Of a stretch of DNA of 64,000 nucleotides, positions 29,987 through 41,013 are shown piece after piece. Made by a program: the position numbers and the translations under genes. The first letter of the stretch is position 1. Each line of letters starts with the position of its first letter. The stretch is from positions 480,001-544,000 of the forward strand of contig CBDCUI010000007.1 of NCBI GenBank assembly GCA_965222615.1, written 5' to 3'. The notes beneath the pieces are model-generated. The model did no database searches and was not told the DNA's origin. It saw only the letters and a list, made by a program, of their open reading frames with translations. This DNA comes from Gammaproteobacteria bacterium. GTDB taxonomy: Bacteria > Pseudomonadota > Gammaproteobacteria > UBA4575.

Positions 29987-31567
29987 ATGAATAAGATTAA
30001 ACTACTCTCCCAAATCTTAAGACATAAATATATATTTTCTGCAGTTATTTTTTCTATCCTTGCAATAGGAACATTTGTAATACAAATGCTGCCAGAAATT
30101 TACGCGGTGAACTCTCGTCTTGGTATCAGTGGTGGCGATCTCAATTGGGAAAATACGAATGGCGGCATTGTGACACAAAGTAACCGCCTTGCTAGAAAAT
30201 TTTACGCGACACGTGATCATCTTATGTCAACTTCACAAATAAAAGAGATGCTGACAAAATTTGGCTTAATTAGCGAAGACATGGATGACGAAGAAATATT
30301 AAATGAAGTCAAGAGCTTTATTCAAAGTACTAATCTTGAAATGGTAGAAGGAGAGGTAATCAATCCTTACTCCGGGAAAGAAGGAAAGATGGAAACCGGT
30401 GTAAAGATAGTATATGAAAATATATCACCAGAATTGGCATACAAGATTACCGATGAACTAACACAAAGGTTTTTAACGATTAGTGAAACTACAAGTTCTA
30501 CAATAGGAAAGGAAAAAGTTAATTACCTAAAAAAGCAGCTAGATTTAGTTGGCCAACAAATTCTAGAAATAGATGAAGAAATAGCAAGTTATAAGAATGA
30601 ACATGCCTTATCATCTCCAGAGTTACACCCTGTATTATTAAGTCGCTACAATGAACTACAATTAAAAATTGATCAGTCTAATAAACTTTTATCCGATTTA
30701 AAACGAAGAGAAAGCGAAATACGCGCAGATCTTGCTACAACTAACAATCAAGCCTTCCTCTATGCTGCAGACGGATCTCGTGTATTAGGGATTGATGAAA
30801 GATTAACTATCTTAAAACTAGAATATGCGGATAAGTCTTCACGCTATTCCCCATCGCATCCAGATATTAAGAAGTTAAAACAAGAGATCGAGGTCTTAGA
30901 AAAAAGTCAAAATGGTTATGACACAGCGGGAATCGAGGTAGAGCTTGCTGAGACAACTAAAAAACTAAAACAATTACAGGCACAATATAAAAATAATCAC
31001 CCGGACATTGCATGGCTTAAGAGCAAACAAAAGAAACTCCAAGATACTCTGGCATTAGCTAGAACGAGTAATAATCGCTTGCCTTCTTCAAGGCCTAGTA
31101 ATCCACTCTACGCACGAACCTTGACACGACTTGAAAGTGTACAAGACGAGTATAGAGAGACATTAATAGATAAGGAACGTTTGATAAAAGAACATAAAGA
31201 AATTGAAAATCAGATTGGTGTGATTCCATTAGTTCAGAAAACACTTTTACAATTTGAACGCGCGAAAGAGCAAGCTGAATCGAAATATGCAGAGTTAGAG
31301 AGTGCATTTCTTCAGGCAGAATTAACTAATAGTCTTAGTGATACAAATCTTTCTGAGCGATTTGAACTTATTCAACCACCACAGTATCCTTTGCATCCTG
31401 TTAAACCACGCAAAGATATTCTACGATTGGTGCTATTACTGCTGGCTGCTGCAGGTGGTCTTGCTGCAGTGCTTCTTCTCGATGTCTTAAATGACAGAAT
31501 TTGGGGTAAAGCAGATTTAAAACAGTGTGTTGATGGTCCTATTTATCACATACCTGAGTTAAATTAA
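29987..31567 (+). CDS. Polysaccharide co-polymerase (GumC/Wzc membrane part)
   Basis: Two TM segments around a coiled coil; two YxxxHPDI motifs; PQYPLHPVKP motif. Confidence 0.85.
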   Translation: MNKIKLLSQILRHKYIFSAVIFSILAIGTFVIQMLPEIYAVNSRLGISGGDLNWENTNGGIVTQSNRLARKFYATRDHLMSTSQIKEMLTKFGLISEDMDDEEILNEVKSFIQSTNLEMVEGEVINPYSGKEGKMETGVKIVYENISPELAYKITDELTQRFLTISETTSSTIGKEKVNYLKKQLDLVGQQILEIDEEIASYKNEHALSSPELHPVLLSRYNELQLKIDQSNKLLSDLKRRESEIRADLATTNNQAFLYAADGSRVLGIDERLTILKLEYADKSSRYSPSHPDIKKLKQEIEVLEKSQNGYDTAGIEVELAETTKKLKQLQAQYKNNHPDIAWLKSKQKKLQDTLALARTSNNRLPSSRPSNPLYARTLTRLESVQDEYRETLIDKERLIKEHKEIENQIGVIPLVQKTLLQFERAKEQAESKYAELESAFLQAELTNSLSDTNLSERFELIQPPQYPLHPVKPRKDILRLVLLLLAAAGGLAAVLLLDVLNDRIWGKADLKQCVDGPIYHIPELN

Positions 31568-31599
31568 CAGTCAACGTACAGTACAATTTCTATATTCAA

Positions 31600-32394
31600 A
31601 TGGATACTAAGATAAGAAAACAAAGTGCAGCTATTAGCAGTAATAACGTGCATAGTTTAGACAATGTTAATTATACCATTGAAGAGATTACCCTTAATAG
31701 AACTAGAAGAATTCCAATCAATGTAAAACGTCTTAAGAAAAAGAAAATATATATAGATGCCGAAGATAAAAAAACTGCAGTAGCGATCAGTGCCTATCGT
31801 CATCTTAGAACCAGTATGTTAAAGGCACTAGACAAAATTGGTGGTCAAGTGCTTCTTGTTACAGGACCAACAGCTGGCGTTGGTAAAACTACTACTGCAA
31901 TCAATTTAGCGATATCAATTGCTAGGGGAAGTCAACGTACAGCTATTCTAATTGACCTTGATTTGAGAAGACCAAGTGTGCATAAAATTTTTGATTACCA
32001 TCCTAAATTTGACATTATTGATTTACTTCGGGGCAAAACTAAATTAGAGGATATCTTAGTAACTCCACATATAAATCGACTGACATTACTAACTGGAAAG
32101 CGATCTTATGAAAACTCATCTGAGCTACTTGGAACTAAGGAAGTGATGAGGCTTATCTTAAGAATTAAGAACCGATATCCAGAGCGTATTGTTGTTATTG
32201 ATGCCCCACCTATTTTAGGTTGTGACGATGTAGAAACCATGTCAAGATACGTAGATGCTGGTCTTATTGTAGTAAATCATGACACATATAAACATGAGCT
32301 ACTAGATGCTATGGAACGTATCAGAGATATCAAAATAGTTGGTCATGTAATAAATCGATCAAAAGAAGCACGATTCAATCGGTATTATTATTAA
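31600..32394 (+). CDS. CpsD/CapB-type bacterial tyrosine kinase
   Basis: GVGKTT, IDLDLRRP, VIDAPP; C-terminal RYYY. Confidence 0.9.
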   Translation: MDTKIRKQSAAISSNNVHSLDNVNYTIEEITLNRTRRIPINVKRLKKKKIYIDAEDKKTAVAISAYRHLRTSMLKALDKIGGQVLLVTGPTAGVGKTTTAINLAISIARGSQRTAILIDLDLRRPSVHKIFDYHPKFDIIDLLRGKTKLEDILVTPHINRLTLLTGKRSYENSSELLGTKEVMRLILRIKNRYPERIVVIDAPPILGCDDVETMSRYVDAGLIVVNHDTYKHELLDAMERIRDIKIVGHVINRSKEARFNRYYY

Positions 32395-32523
32395 TCACTA
32401 CAAAAGTAGTTCTACGAATTTCTCTAACTCTATATTACTAATAAATTAATCAGTGTGTGTTAACTGGTATTAAGATGATTTTTTAGAAATGACTTAAAAT
32501 AATACGGTTAGGGAGAGGTATTA

Positions 32524-33741
32524 TTGATAAGACATAACAAAGCAATCGACTATACTAAGTTCGCACTATTAATATTTATATTCCTAGCTGCAACGGAATC
32601 TTTTAGTCGCACAGGATCCTCAACATTATTCTGGTTTGCAATTTATGCAACGGTATCTTTTTTCATTGCCGCCGATTTAGATAGCACATTAGATACACTA
32701 CGCAGAAATTGGATTGTAGTATTAACACCTATAATAGCTCTGATTTCCGTATTTTGGAGTCCAGTTCCAGCATGGACATTCAGAGCCTCAATACAATTGC
32801 TATTTTCTGTAATAATTGGTGTTTGGATCGGAATGACATTTCAAGCATCAACAATTTATAAGGCATTGGTAATAGCCACGGGTATTGGGATTATTGCTTC
32901 CTTGTTAAATTACCATTTTGGATTCATACCTGCATTTGATAGAGAAGATTACATTGGAGCTGAACAATATTTCGTTGGTATATACACGCAAAAAAATGTA
33001 TTGGGAAAGGTATTTGATCTTTTTGGTATTAGCCTGTTAATCATTGCAATTCGATCTGGGAAAGTTTGGCTAGGACTACCTATTCTATTAGCTCTCACCA
33101 TTCCACTACTTGAAGTAAAATCTGCATCTTCGTTAGTTGCTTATTTTATTATCCTTACATTGCCAATTTTATGGTGGATAAAGAAAAATGTGGTAAGTAT
33201 TGCATTACTATTTGTAGTTTCTATATTTATTAGTTTACTAATTATTTTTATAGCAACTACTGGAAGTGTTGATGTGCTTGAAAATGCATTAACAATGCTG
33301 GGTAAAGATACTACTTTTACTGGCCGAACATTACTCTGGGAGGCAGGCGGCAAGATCATCGCTGAAAATCCAATTCTTGGAGTGGGATTTCAAGCATACT
33401 GGCAACCAGGCCAATTTATGGACACTAAAGGCTTTCTAATTACAATAGTCGAAGGTTTAAATGGCTTCCATAACGTTTATATAGAAGTTTTAGTTGGGAC
33501 AGGGTTAATTGGCTTAATAGCATATCTTGGACTTCACATAACTGTAATTACTCAAACTATTCGTTGGGCTTCTCATAATAGTTCCGCGGAGGGATTGGGT
33601 ACAATTTATTTGGTACTAATAACAATATTACTCTCTTTTTTTGATGTTATTGCATACAGGCAACATGAAATATTTTTCATACTATTGATAGTAGTAATAA
33701 CTATGACATCAAGACCATTACAAACAGATTTAAAATCATAA
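32524..33741 (+). CDS. Wzy polymerase / O-antigen ligase family (ExoQ-like)
   Basis: Multi-TM; QKNVLG, LGKDTTFTGRT, PILGVG, FHNVY. Confidence 0.8.
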   Translation: MIRHNKAIDYTKFALLIFIFLAATESFSRTGSSTLFWFAIYATVSFFIAADLDSTLDTLRRNWIVVLTPIIALISVFWSPVPAWTFRASIQLLFSVIIGVWIGMTFQASTIYKALVIATGIGIIASLLNYHFGFIPAFDREDYIGAEQYFVGIYTQKNVLGKVFDLFGISLLIIAIRSGKVWLGLPILLALTIPLLEVKSASSLVAYFIILTLPILWWIKKNVVSIALLFVVSIFISLLIIFIATTGSVDVLENALTMLGKDTTFTGRTLLWEAGGKIIAENPILGVGFQAYWQPGQFMDTKGFLITIVEGLNGFHNVYIEVLVGTGLIGLIAYLGLHITVITQTIRWASHNSSAEGLGTIYLVLITILLSFFDVIAYRQHEIFFILLIVVITMTSRPLQTDLKS

Positions 33742-33776
33742 TTACTAGGTAAAGTCGCAAAAGGAAAATTTTTCAA

Positions 33777-34931
33777 ATGGCCGCAGCACTAACATTTTCA
33801 TCCATATTGTTAATGCTGATATTTTTGTATCCATATTTAATTTATCCAATAATACTAAAATTACTACCTAAACAAAAAATTAACTACTCAGATAAAAATT
33901 CAATGAGCAATAATAAAGTTGCACTGTTATTTTGTGCCTATAATGAAGAAAATGCATTGTCTCAAAAACTAGCAAACTTAAAAATAATAAAGGATAAACA
34001 TCCAGACATAGAAATATTTGCTTATTCTGATTGTAGTACTGATGCTACTGACAAGATGTTAAATGACGCTGAAGATCTATTAACATTCACTCGAGGCAAA
34101 AAACGCATGGGCAAAGTAATGGGAATGCAGAAATTAGTATCTATGACCGATGCGGATATACTTATATTTACAGATGCAAATGTTATGATCGAGCCAGATA
34201 GTGTTTCTAAGTTGCTACATTACTTCTCATGTCCAGATATTGGCGCCGTTGCTTGTACATTAATATATAAAAGTCCGACAGAAAACTTTACAACTGCAAC
34301 CTCCGAAGTAAACAGTCTATATTGGAAGCTAGAGGAGCATATTAAAAAACTAGAAAGTGAAACGGGCTCAACAATGGGGGCAGATGGCGCTTTTTTTGCA
34401 CGCCGTAGTATTGGTTATCCCAATTTGGCTGCAGATTTAGTTGACGACATGGCAGCATCAATATCTGTTATATTTGATAATATGCAAATGCGCTGCATAT
34501 CAGCGCCTGATGTAATAGCTTATGAACACTCTATAAGCGATAGTGATGAAGAATTTCAAAGAAAAAAACGCATTGCTTGTGGTTCATATAGCACTTATCG
34601 CTTTTTAAAACCAGAAATTAGTCGGCTTCCATTTAAAGACAAATTTAAATTCTACTCACATAAAGTAATGCGCTGGTGGGGGGCTGCCTATCTACTTGTT
34701 GCTCTTGTTTGTTTATTCGCTAGTATTTCTATGTTCGGTTATGGTTTAACGTTTTTAAGTTTTTTATTAGTAGCGCTACCCACTTTTTGGGTACTAGCTA
34801 AAGCTAAAATACCATTTTTCTCATCTATTTATGAAATTTTACGAGCAGTTTTTGCAACAGGAATCGGAGTAGTAGAATCGCTTTGTGGGAAAAAGTACCA
34901 CACGTGGGAACCTGCAGATAGTCGTAACTAA
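33777..34931 (+). CDS. Membrane-anchored GT2 glycosyltransferase
   Basis: AYNEE, DCSTD, FTDAN, GADGA, VDDM motifs; TM at both ends. Confidence 0.87.
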   Translation: MAAALTFSSILLMLIFLYPYLIYPIILKLLPKQKINYSDKNSMSNNKVALLFCAYNEENALSQKLANLKIIKDKHPDIEIFAYSDCSTDATDKMLNDAEDLLTFTRGKKRMGKVMGMQKLVSMTDADILIFTDANVMIEPDSVSKLLHYFSCPDIGAVACTLIYKSPTENFTTATSEVNSLYWKLEEHIKKLESETGSTMGADGAFFARRSIGYPNLAADLVDDMAASISVIFDNMQMRCISAPDVIAYEHSISDSDEEFQRKKRIACGSYSTYRFLKPEISRLPFKDKFKFYSHKVMRWWGAAYLLVALVCLFASISMFGYGLTFLSFLLVALPTFWVLAKAKIPFFSSIYEILRAVFATGIGVVESLCGKKYHTWEPADSRN

Positions 34932-34933
34932 AC

Positions 34934-36094
34934 ATGGAGGGCCGCGGTACTAAATTGAGGAATATACGCCTCGTATATTTTGGCCACAATCGTAAGGATG
35001 TGGCTTTAATTAGACGTATTAATTCCTTCCAGGAAATTGGTATCAAAATAACCAGCTACACATTTCGGCGTGATGGTGAACCCAGCAAGCCTGCCCCCCC
35101 CTGGGAAAACGTTGATCTTGGCTATGTGGAACATGCGCAGTTACTTGCACGGGTAAAAGTTTTGCTCTTAGCGTTAGTACGACTTATACAACACAAAAGA
35201 GGTTTGCGTAACGCAGATATCATTTATGCTCGTAATCTAGATATGGCGATTTTGGCTTGGATATCAATGGCCATAATGCGTCTGACATCTGCTCAATTTG
35301 TGTATGAATGCCTTGATGTTCATGAATCATTAACTAAACAGGGACTACTTGCAAAAATTCTTCGATGGCTAGAACGAATAATATTGAAAAGAGCAAAGTT
35401 ATTAGTAGTAAGCTCGCCTGGCTTTATTCAATATTACTTTAAGCCATATCAAAACTATGATGGGGCATATTATTTGCTTGAAAACAAAATTCACTTTCAT
35501 AAAAACATAATAAAGCGCCCAAATATTAATTCTGTAGCGTCGCATGCAGACAAACCTATCATTTTAGTCTGGGCTGGAATTCTACGCTGCCAAAAAACAT
35601 TAGATGTACTAAAACAGTTAGCCTATTCGGCACAAGAAAACATCTATGTACGATTGCATGGAGTCATATCGGAATTTTTAATACCAGATTTCAAAAATCA
35701 AATAAAAGACATAATTAATATTGAATATATGGGGCCATATATTTGGCCAGATGGTCTTCAAGAAGTGTACAAAGATGCTGATATGGTATGGGCTCAAGAA
35801 TTATCGTGGAGGGGATATAACTCTGATTGGTTGATTCCGAACAGAGTATATGAGGCTAGTTACTTCGGTGTTCCTTCAATCGGAATAGCTGGCACACAAA
35901 CATCGAGAATGATAAAGGAACGGGCATTAGGATATGTGTTTGATGAAAGAGACTTGAGAAATCTAGCAGTTTTAATTACATCAATTAGCAAAAATGAACT
36001 AGAGAATAAAAAAAAGGAATTACTAAGCCGACCTAATCAAGAATTTGTTTCAAACAAAAATGACGCAGAATCATTAATCAATGCTATTATTTAA
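34934..36094 (+). CDS. ExoL-like GT-B glycosyltransferase
   Basis: FRR, YARNLDM, VYECLDVH, NSDWLIPNRVYE resemble succinoglycan ExoL. Confidence 0.75.
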   Translation: MEGRGTKLRNIRLVYFGHNRKDVALIRRINSFQEIGIKITSYTFRRDGEPSKPAPPWENVDLGYVEHAQLLARVKVLLLALVRLIQHKRGLRNADIIYARNLDMAILAWISMAIMRLTSAQFVYECLDVHESLTKQGLLAKILRWLERIILKRAKLLVVSSPGFIQYYFKPYQNYDGAYYLLENKIHFHKNIIKRPNINSVASHADKPIILVWAGILRCQKTLDVLKQLAYSAQENIYVRLHGVISEFLIPDFKNQIKDIINIEYMGPYIWPDGLQEVYKDADMVWAQELSWRGYNSDWLIPNRVYEASYFGVPSIGIAGTQTSRMIKERALGYVFDERDLRNLAVLITSISKNELENKKKELLSRPNQEFVSNKNDAESLINAII

Positions 36095-36246
36095 AATATA
36101 AAACAAAACACATAAGCACATTCAGTTTTATAATTACGTAAAATAGATTTAAATTGAAAAACATCCATATTTTGCAACTGTGGATGTACCTCTAGTATCG
36201 ATAATGTAATATCTCACAGTTTTGTTTTTTATATAGGCATACCAAC

Positions 36247-37545
36247 TTGATTAAAGATTTCAAAAAAATTGTGGGAGTGTCTGGCTTAGTTATTGCTGCT
36301 CGTGTAACAGGCATGTTGCTTGCATTAGCATGGGTTATATTAATTACTCGTAATATCGATGTTAATCACGTAGGTCAACTGATTTTTGGTATTTCTCTGA
36401 GTAATTTATTGGCCATATTTGTATCATTAAATATGGGTGCAGTGGCAATAAAATTTATCCCTTCATATAACGCGAGTGACAAAACTAATTATGTAAGAGG
36501 TTATTTAAATGCAGCAAATTATCTCGTCATAATAATTGCAGTAGTTATTACAGTTCTTGTAGCTGGCTTTTATTTCTGGGAACAACGAATTTCTTCTGAA
36601 ATTATTCCAATATATATCTTAATAAGCCTTTTGTCTGCGCCTTTACTTGGATGGATTCAATTACAAGCAAATTATATGCGAGCATTTGAAAAGATTTTAC
36701 TTTCAGTTGTTCCTACTTTTTTATTGCAACCGATAATAATGCTGATTCTGATATGGGTAGGTCTTGAAATGGATCTACTTGCTCGAGCAGATCAATTAAT
36801 GCTTGTATATTTTACAACTCTTTTAATAGTCTTCTTTGCACAATATATAATGTTTCAAAGTACTCTGAGCAGTAGAACAAATGATAAAGCAAATTATTCA
36901 GAACTAAAGAGTTGGTTAATACAATCACTGCAACTAATCGTACCTCTTTTATTCTTACAGAATGCTGCTCAAACAATAGTTGTATTATCAGGAGGTGTGC
37001 TCACTGAGGAAGAGATTGCAGTATCAGGAGTAATTTTACGAATAATGTCATTATTACTGTTTAGCGTCGGCTCCATAACAATGGCAACAAGCCCTAAGCT
37101 ATCAAGAGAAGTTCATTTAAAGAATGACGCAGCTGTAACTCATACTTTAGTAATCAGCAGTTTGATAAAGGCCTTAATTGTACTACTTGGATTTCTCTCA
37201 ATATTTTGGTTTGGAGAATTTATTTTAAGATTTTTTGGAGATCAATACATTGTTGGCCACACAGCGCTATTAATCTTAACTTTTGTGCCTATTGTAACTG
37301 CTGTATTTGGACCAGTCGTGCTTTTTGTAAATTTATTGAACTTGCACCTGTATTCTTTAGGGGTATTTATAATCACTATGATTTTATTGGCCATATTGAT
37401 ACTTGTGCTGGGTAAGACCTATGGAGTAGAAGGCCAAGCATATGCAGTATTGATTGCTTGGATATTTTGGAACACGTGTTTATATACAATTGTACGAATT
37501 AAGGGTAGTTATGACATATCTATATTTAACTTATTTTCTAGATAA
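36247..37545 (+). CDS. Wzx-type oligosaccharide flippase
   Basis: About 12 TM segments; MOP-family pattern; EPS context. Confidence 0.78.
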   Translation: MIKDFKKIVGVSGLVIAARVTGMLLALAWVILITRNIDVNHVGQLIFGISLSNLLAIFVSLNMGAVAIKFIPSYNASDKTNYVRGYLNAANYLVIIIAVVITVLVAGFYFWEQRISSEIIPIYILISLLSAPLLGWIQLQANYMRAFEKILLSVVPTFLLQPIIMLILIWVGLEMDLLARADQLMLVYFTTLLIVFFAQYIMFQSTLSSRTNDKANYSELKSWLIQSLQLIVPLLFLQNAAQTIVVLSGGVLTEEEIAVSGVILRIMSLLLFSVGSITMATSPKLSREVHLKNDAAVTHTLVISSLIKALIVLLGFLSIFWFGEFILRFFGDQYIVGHTALLILTFVPIVTAVFGPVVLFVNLLNLHLYSLGVFIITMILLAILILVLGKTYGVEGQAYAVLIAWIFWNTCLYTIVRIKGSYDISIFNLFSR

Positions 37546-37622
37546 CTCAGTATTATTGGTAAATAAGGTACTAGTTAAAACTACTAAAGAAGCTACAATT
37601 TCGTAAAATCAAAAATGTAGTT

Positions 37623-38474
37623 ATGAAACAGGATAACAACACTTTACCAGATTTTATTGTAATCGGCGCAATGCGATGTGCAACAACAACTTTATACAAC
37701 TACCTATCAGCTCATCCTGAAATTGGAATATCTCGTAAAAAAGAAACTGATTACTACATTAAAGAAAAAAATTATCATTTAGGCATTAAATGGTATAGCA
37801 ACCAGTTTTCAGATGGTTACAAATGCTATGGAGAAGTTTCACCAAACTATACTAAGTCTAGAGATTTTAAAGGCGTACCTGAACGAATTATCGGAGACAA
37901 TCCGAAATGTAAATTTATATATGTTGTGCGAGACCCTGTTGACAGGTTTATCTCACAGTATACTCATTCTTTATTTATGGGGGAAAAACTACCCGAGCCG
38001 AACAAACTATATCAGACTGAAAATTGGAACCACATCTTAGATGCCAGTCTTTATCACAAACAAATATCAGAGTACCTGCGATATGTAGAAATGGAAAATA
38101 TATGTATATTAGATTACGATAAACTCGTAACACAACCATTAATAGTACTTGAAATATTATCAAAGTTTTTAAACGTCTCCAATAAATGGGATAAAATTAA
38201 TGTGCAACAGGCAAATAGTTCTGTTGAACTTGCGCACACTAGAAAATGGATTCTCGAATTATCAAATAACAGCTTTATAAAACGCTATCGCCATTATATT
38301 CCTGTAGATATTATTAATGGTGTAAAAAAAATATCTGGCACTTCAAAAGGTAGGGATAAACCAGAATTTAGTGCTGATTTAAAAAAACTGATATATGAAT
38401 CAGTAAAGGACGACAGTCAAAAATTTAAAAAGGCTTTTGGATTATCGAATGATAAGTGGTTATATAAATTTTAA
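37623..38474 (+). CDS. PAPS-dependent sulfotransferase
   Basis: LPDFIVIGAMRCATTTL (5'-PSB), GEVSPNY, RDPVDRFIS (3'-PB). Confidence 0.88.
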   Translation: MKQDNNTLPDFIVIGAMRCATTTLYNYLSAHPEIGISRKKETDYYIKEKNYHLGIKWYSNQFSDGYKCYGEVSPNYTKSRDFKGVPERIIGDNPKCKFIYVVRDPVDRFISQYTHSLFMGEKLPEPNKLYQTENWNHILDASLYHKQISEYLRYVEMENICILDYDKLVTQPLIVLEILSKFLNVSNKWDKINVQQANSSVELAHTRKWILELSNNSFIKRYRHYIPVDIINGVKKISGTSKGRDKPEFSADLKKLIYESVKDDSQKFKKAFGLSNDKWLYKF

Positions 38475-38592
38475 ATTATATTCAAGGTAGCGCATTATCA
38501 GCTTATTTCACTTTATTCTAACTATGTGTTAATGCTTTATCTTGAGCAATGACAACTTTTTTATCTTCTTTTGCTAAAAATTAATAACCGAG

Positions 38593-39495
38593 TTAGTAAA
38601 GCTCTTTTTCTGATAAGTTAAGCACTCCGGCTAAAACCCCTCTGTGAAAATGCGCTCTAAGATGCCAATATTTCGATGCTGTTTCATCTCCTCGCTTCAA
38701 TAACGCACCAACAAAACAATAAAGGACTTTACAAACTGAAACAATTCCTAATCGTGAACGTATTAGTAATGTAAAATCAGTAGTGCTGTGATAAGCATAG
38801 GATTGCCCTGAACGAAATTTGCGTTTTTTAATCCAGTTAAAGTTAAGTCTCTCAGGACCTACAGGTTCATAAACTACTGCATCTTCACAAATTTCCATTT
38901 TTGCCCCCATACGCCATAAGCGAAAAAAAAATTCAGTGTCTTCCCCTCCTGAACGTCCTTTTTCTAATAAAAATCTTTGTTTGCGAAAATCTTCACGCTT
39001 CCAATTAACAAGGGCATTACAAGTATGTCCAGTTTGCACTACTCCATTACGGCTAATAGGTATATTGGAGTGATAATTCCCCTCGCGTATCCAATTTGGT
39101 GTGGAATTGGGATATTGTGCATATGCTGGACCAAATATTACGTCTGCACCGGTTTTTTCTGCACAGTTAACAAGATTCATTAACCAATCTGGAGAGGCAA
39201 TTTCATCATCATCGATAAAAGCCAACCAATCCACATTAACATCCGCATGGTCAAGACTCGCATTGCGTGCGATGGAAATATTTTGTTTAGGCGCATGGAT
39301 ATACCTTATCTTCAATTCAGAAGCAGCAGCATAATTTTCTACAAGTTCACGCGCACTGTCGGTTTTGTCATTATCAACAACGATGACACGTATTGATATG
39401 TTATTTGGTAAATATTGACAAGTGAGCGATTGAAGAGCATGTAAAATTTCTGGCCTACGATAAGTACACATACAGATGTCAATATGTATTGTCAT
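38593..39495 (-). CDS. ExoM-like GT2 glycosyltransferase
   Basis: HIDICMCTYRRPE, NISIARN, FIDDDE, TGHTCN, GGEDTEFF. Confidence 0.85.
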   Translation of the reverse strand: MTIHIDICMCTYRRPEILHALQSLTCQYLPNNISIRVIVVDNDKTDSARELVENYAAASELKIRYIHAPKQNISIARNASLDHADVNVDWLAFIDDDEIASPDWLMNLVNCAEKTGADVIFGPAYAQYPNSTPNWIREGNYHSNIPISRNGVVQTGHTCNALVNWKREDFRKQRFLLEKGRSGGEDTEFFFRLWRMGAKMEICEDAVVYEPVGPERLNFNWIKKRKFRSGQSYAYHSTTDFTLLIRSRLGIVSVCKVLYCFVGALLKRGDETASKYWHLRAHFHRGVLAGVLNLSEKELY

Positions 39496-39848
39496 TTAAA
39501 ACTTAATTTATGTGGGTTTCAAAAAGAAATTTAACAAATAGTTATATAAATTAATGGGCAATTAACCAACAATAATCATAATTTATTTCTGAAAATAAAA
39601 ACTAATTCCATTTAATTCGTTAAATTTACCTTATAATCAATTGTGTCAATTTTGGTAAGATAATTCATAGTACTATCATATTATACTAATAGGTAGCAGA
39701 ATCCCTTGAGTTTACATGGTTACAAAACAAAAATAATATGGATTACTAACATAGTGTATAGCTTTTATAAACAATGTTTTGCTATCGGCAAGATTCTCGT
39801 TACACTTTTAATCTTGATTTAAATACATCACAACATATAAAGAAATAA

Positions 39849-40970
39849 ATGTTTTTTAAATTAGAATCGTTACGCGGTGTTGCGGCATGCCTTGTGATAC
39901 TTTTCCATTCTCCATTTAATTATGGAGAAGAACCTCTTACATTTACTGTCAATAGTTATTTATTCGTAGATTTCTTCTTTGTTTTATCTGGGTTTGTAAT
40001 GTCATTCGCCTATACCGATAAGATCAATAATAGTATGTCGTTCGGCTCATATATTGCATTGAGATTAGGAAGAATCTATCCGCTACACATCTTTATGCTC
40101 TTTGTTTGGCTTTCATACCTCTTACTGATGCAGTACCTCTATATATCTGGATTCGGAGGCGGCGATCAATTTGAAGGTTCTAATAATAATGTATTTACCT
40201 TTTTTACAAATATAGCGCTTCTACACTCAATGGGAATTCATGATTTTTTAAGCTGGAATTATCCGAGCTGGAGTATTAGCACAGAATTTTTTGCATATGT
40301 GGCTTTTTTTATTTTTACAGTAACTCTAGATAAGAGTAAAAATATAATATTCCCTGTCGTTGTTTCATTTATCTGTTATATGTTTTTGTTCAGCCTTAAT
40401 CGAGAAAATTTTGATATAACATATGATTTTGGATTTATAAGATGTTTAGGTGCATTTTATCTAGGTGTGCTTGTTTACCGCTTGAAATTAAAAGTCCATT
40501 TAGACCTATCTAACATCGGCATACTAAGATTATTAGAAATTTTAGTTATCGTTATATCGGTAATTATGGTTCTACGATCAGAGGACGGTCCTGAATTTTT
40601 ACTCTTGTCTGTACTCAGCTTTGCATTAATTATTATGATTTTTTCCAACAAGCTATCTGGCTACTTAGGCAATCTATTAGAAAGTAGTATATTTAGAAAG
40701 TTAGGATTGTGGTCATACTCTATTTACATGTGGCATGCAATAGTACTAGCTCTGATTGGTAATGTTCTGAAAAATATTTTTAATTTTAATATCGATATAG
40801 CATTGGGCGCACAAGCCATTGCGTTAAATTGTTTTGTTTTACTTACAACAATAGCTTTGTCTAAATTCTCCTATGAATATATAGAAAATAAATTTCGAGG
40901 TCTGGTAAAAAACAAAGTGCGTGAATATGATAAATCTATGCAGCCAATTTCTAAATCAGCATCTGACTAA
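39849..40970 (+). CDS. Acyltransferase-3 family O-acyltransferase
   Basis: SLRGVAA..VILFH, VDFFFVLSGFVM, WNYPSWSISTE, SYSIYMWH. Confidence 0.9.
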   Translation: MFFKLESLRGVAACLVILFHSPFNYGEEPLTFTVNSYLFVDFFFVLSGFVMSFAYTDKINNSMSFGSYIALRLGRIYPLHIFMLFVWLSYLLLMQYLYISGFGGGDQFEGSNNNVFTFFTNIALLHSMGIHDFLSWNYPSWSISTEFFAYVAFFIFTVTLDKSKNIIFPVVVSFICYMFLFSLNRENFDITYDFGFIRCLGAFYLGVLVYRLKLKVHLDLSNIGILRLLEILVIVISVIMVLRSEDGPEFLLLSVLSFALIIMIFSNKLSGYLGNLLESSIFRKLGLWSYSIYMWHAIVLALIGNVLKNIFNFNIDIALGAQAIALNCFVLLTTIALSKFSYEYIENKFRGLVKNKVREYDKSMQPISKSASD

Positions 40971-41013
40971 GTTATTATTTATATACTGCATTTTGTTATA
41001 TAAGACAGAATAA

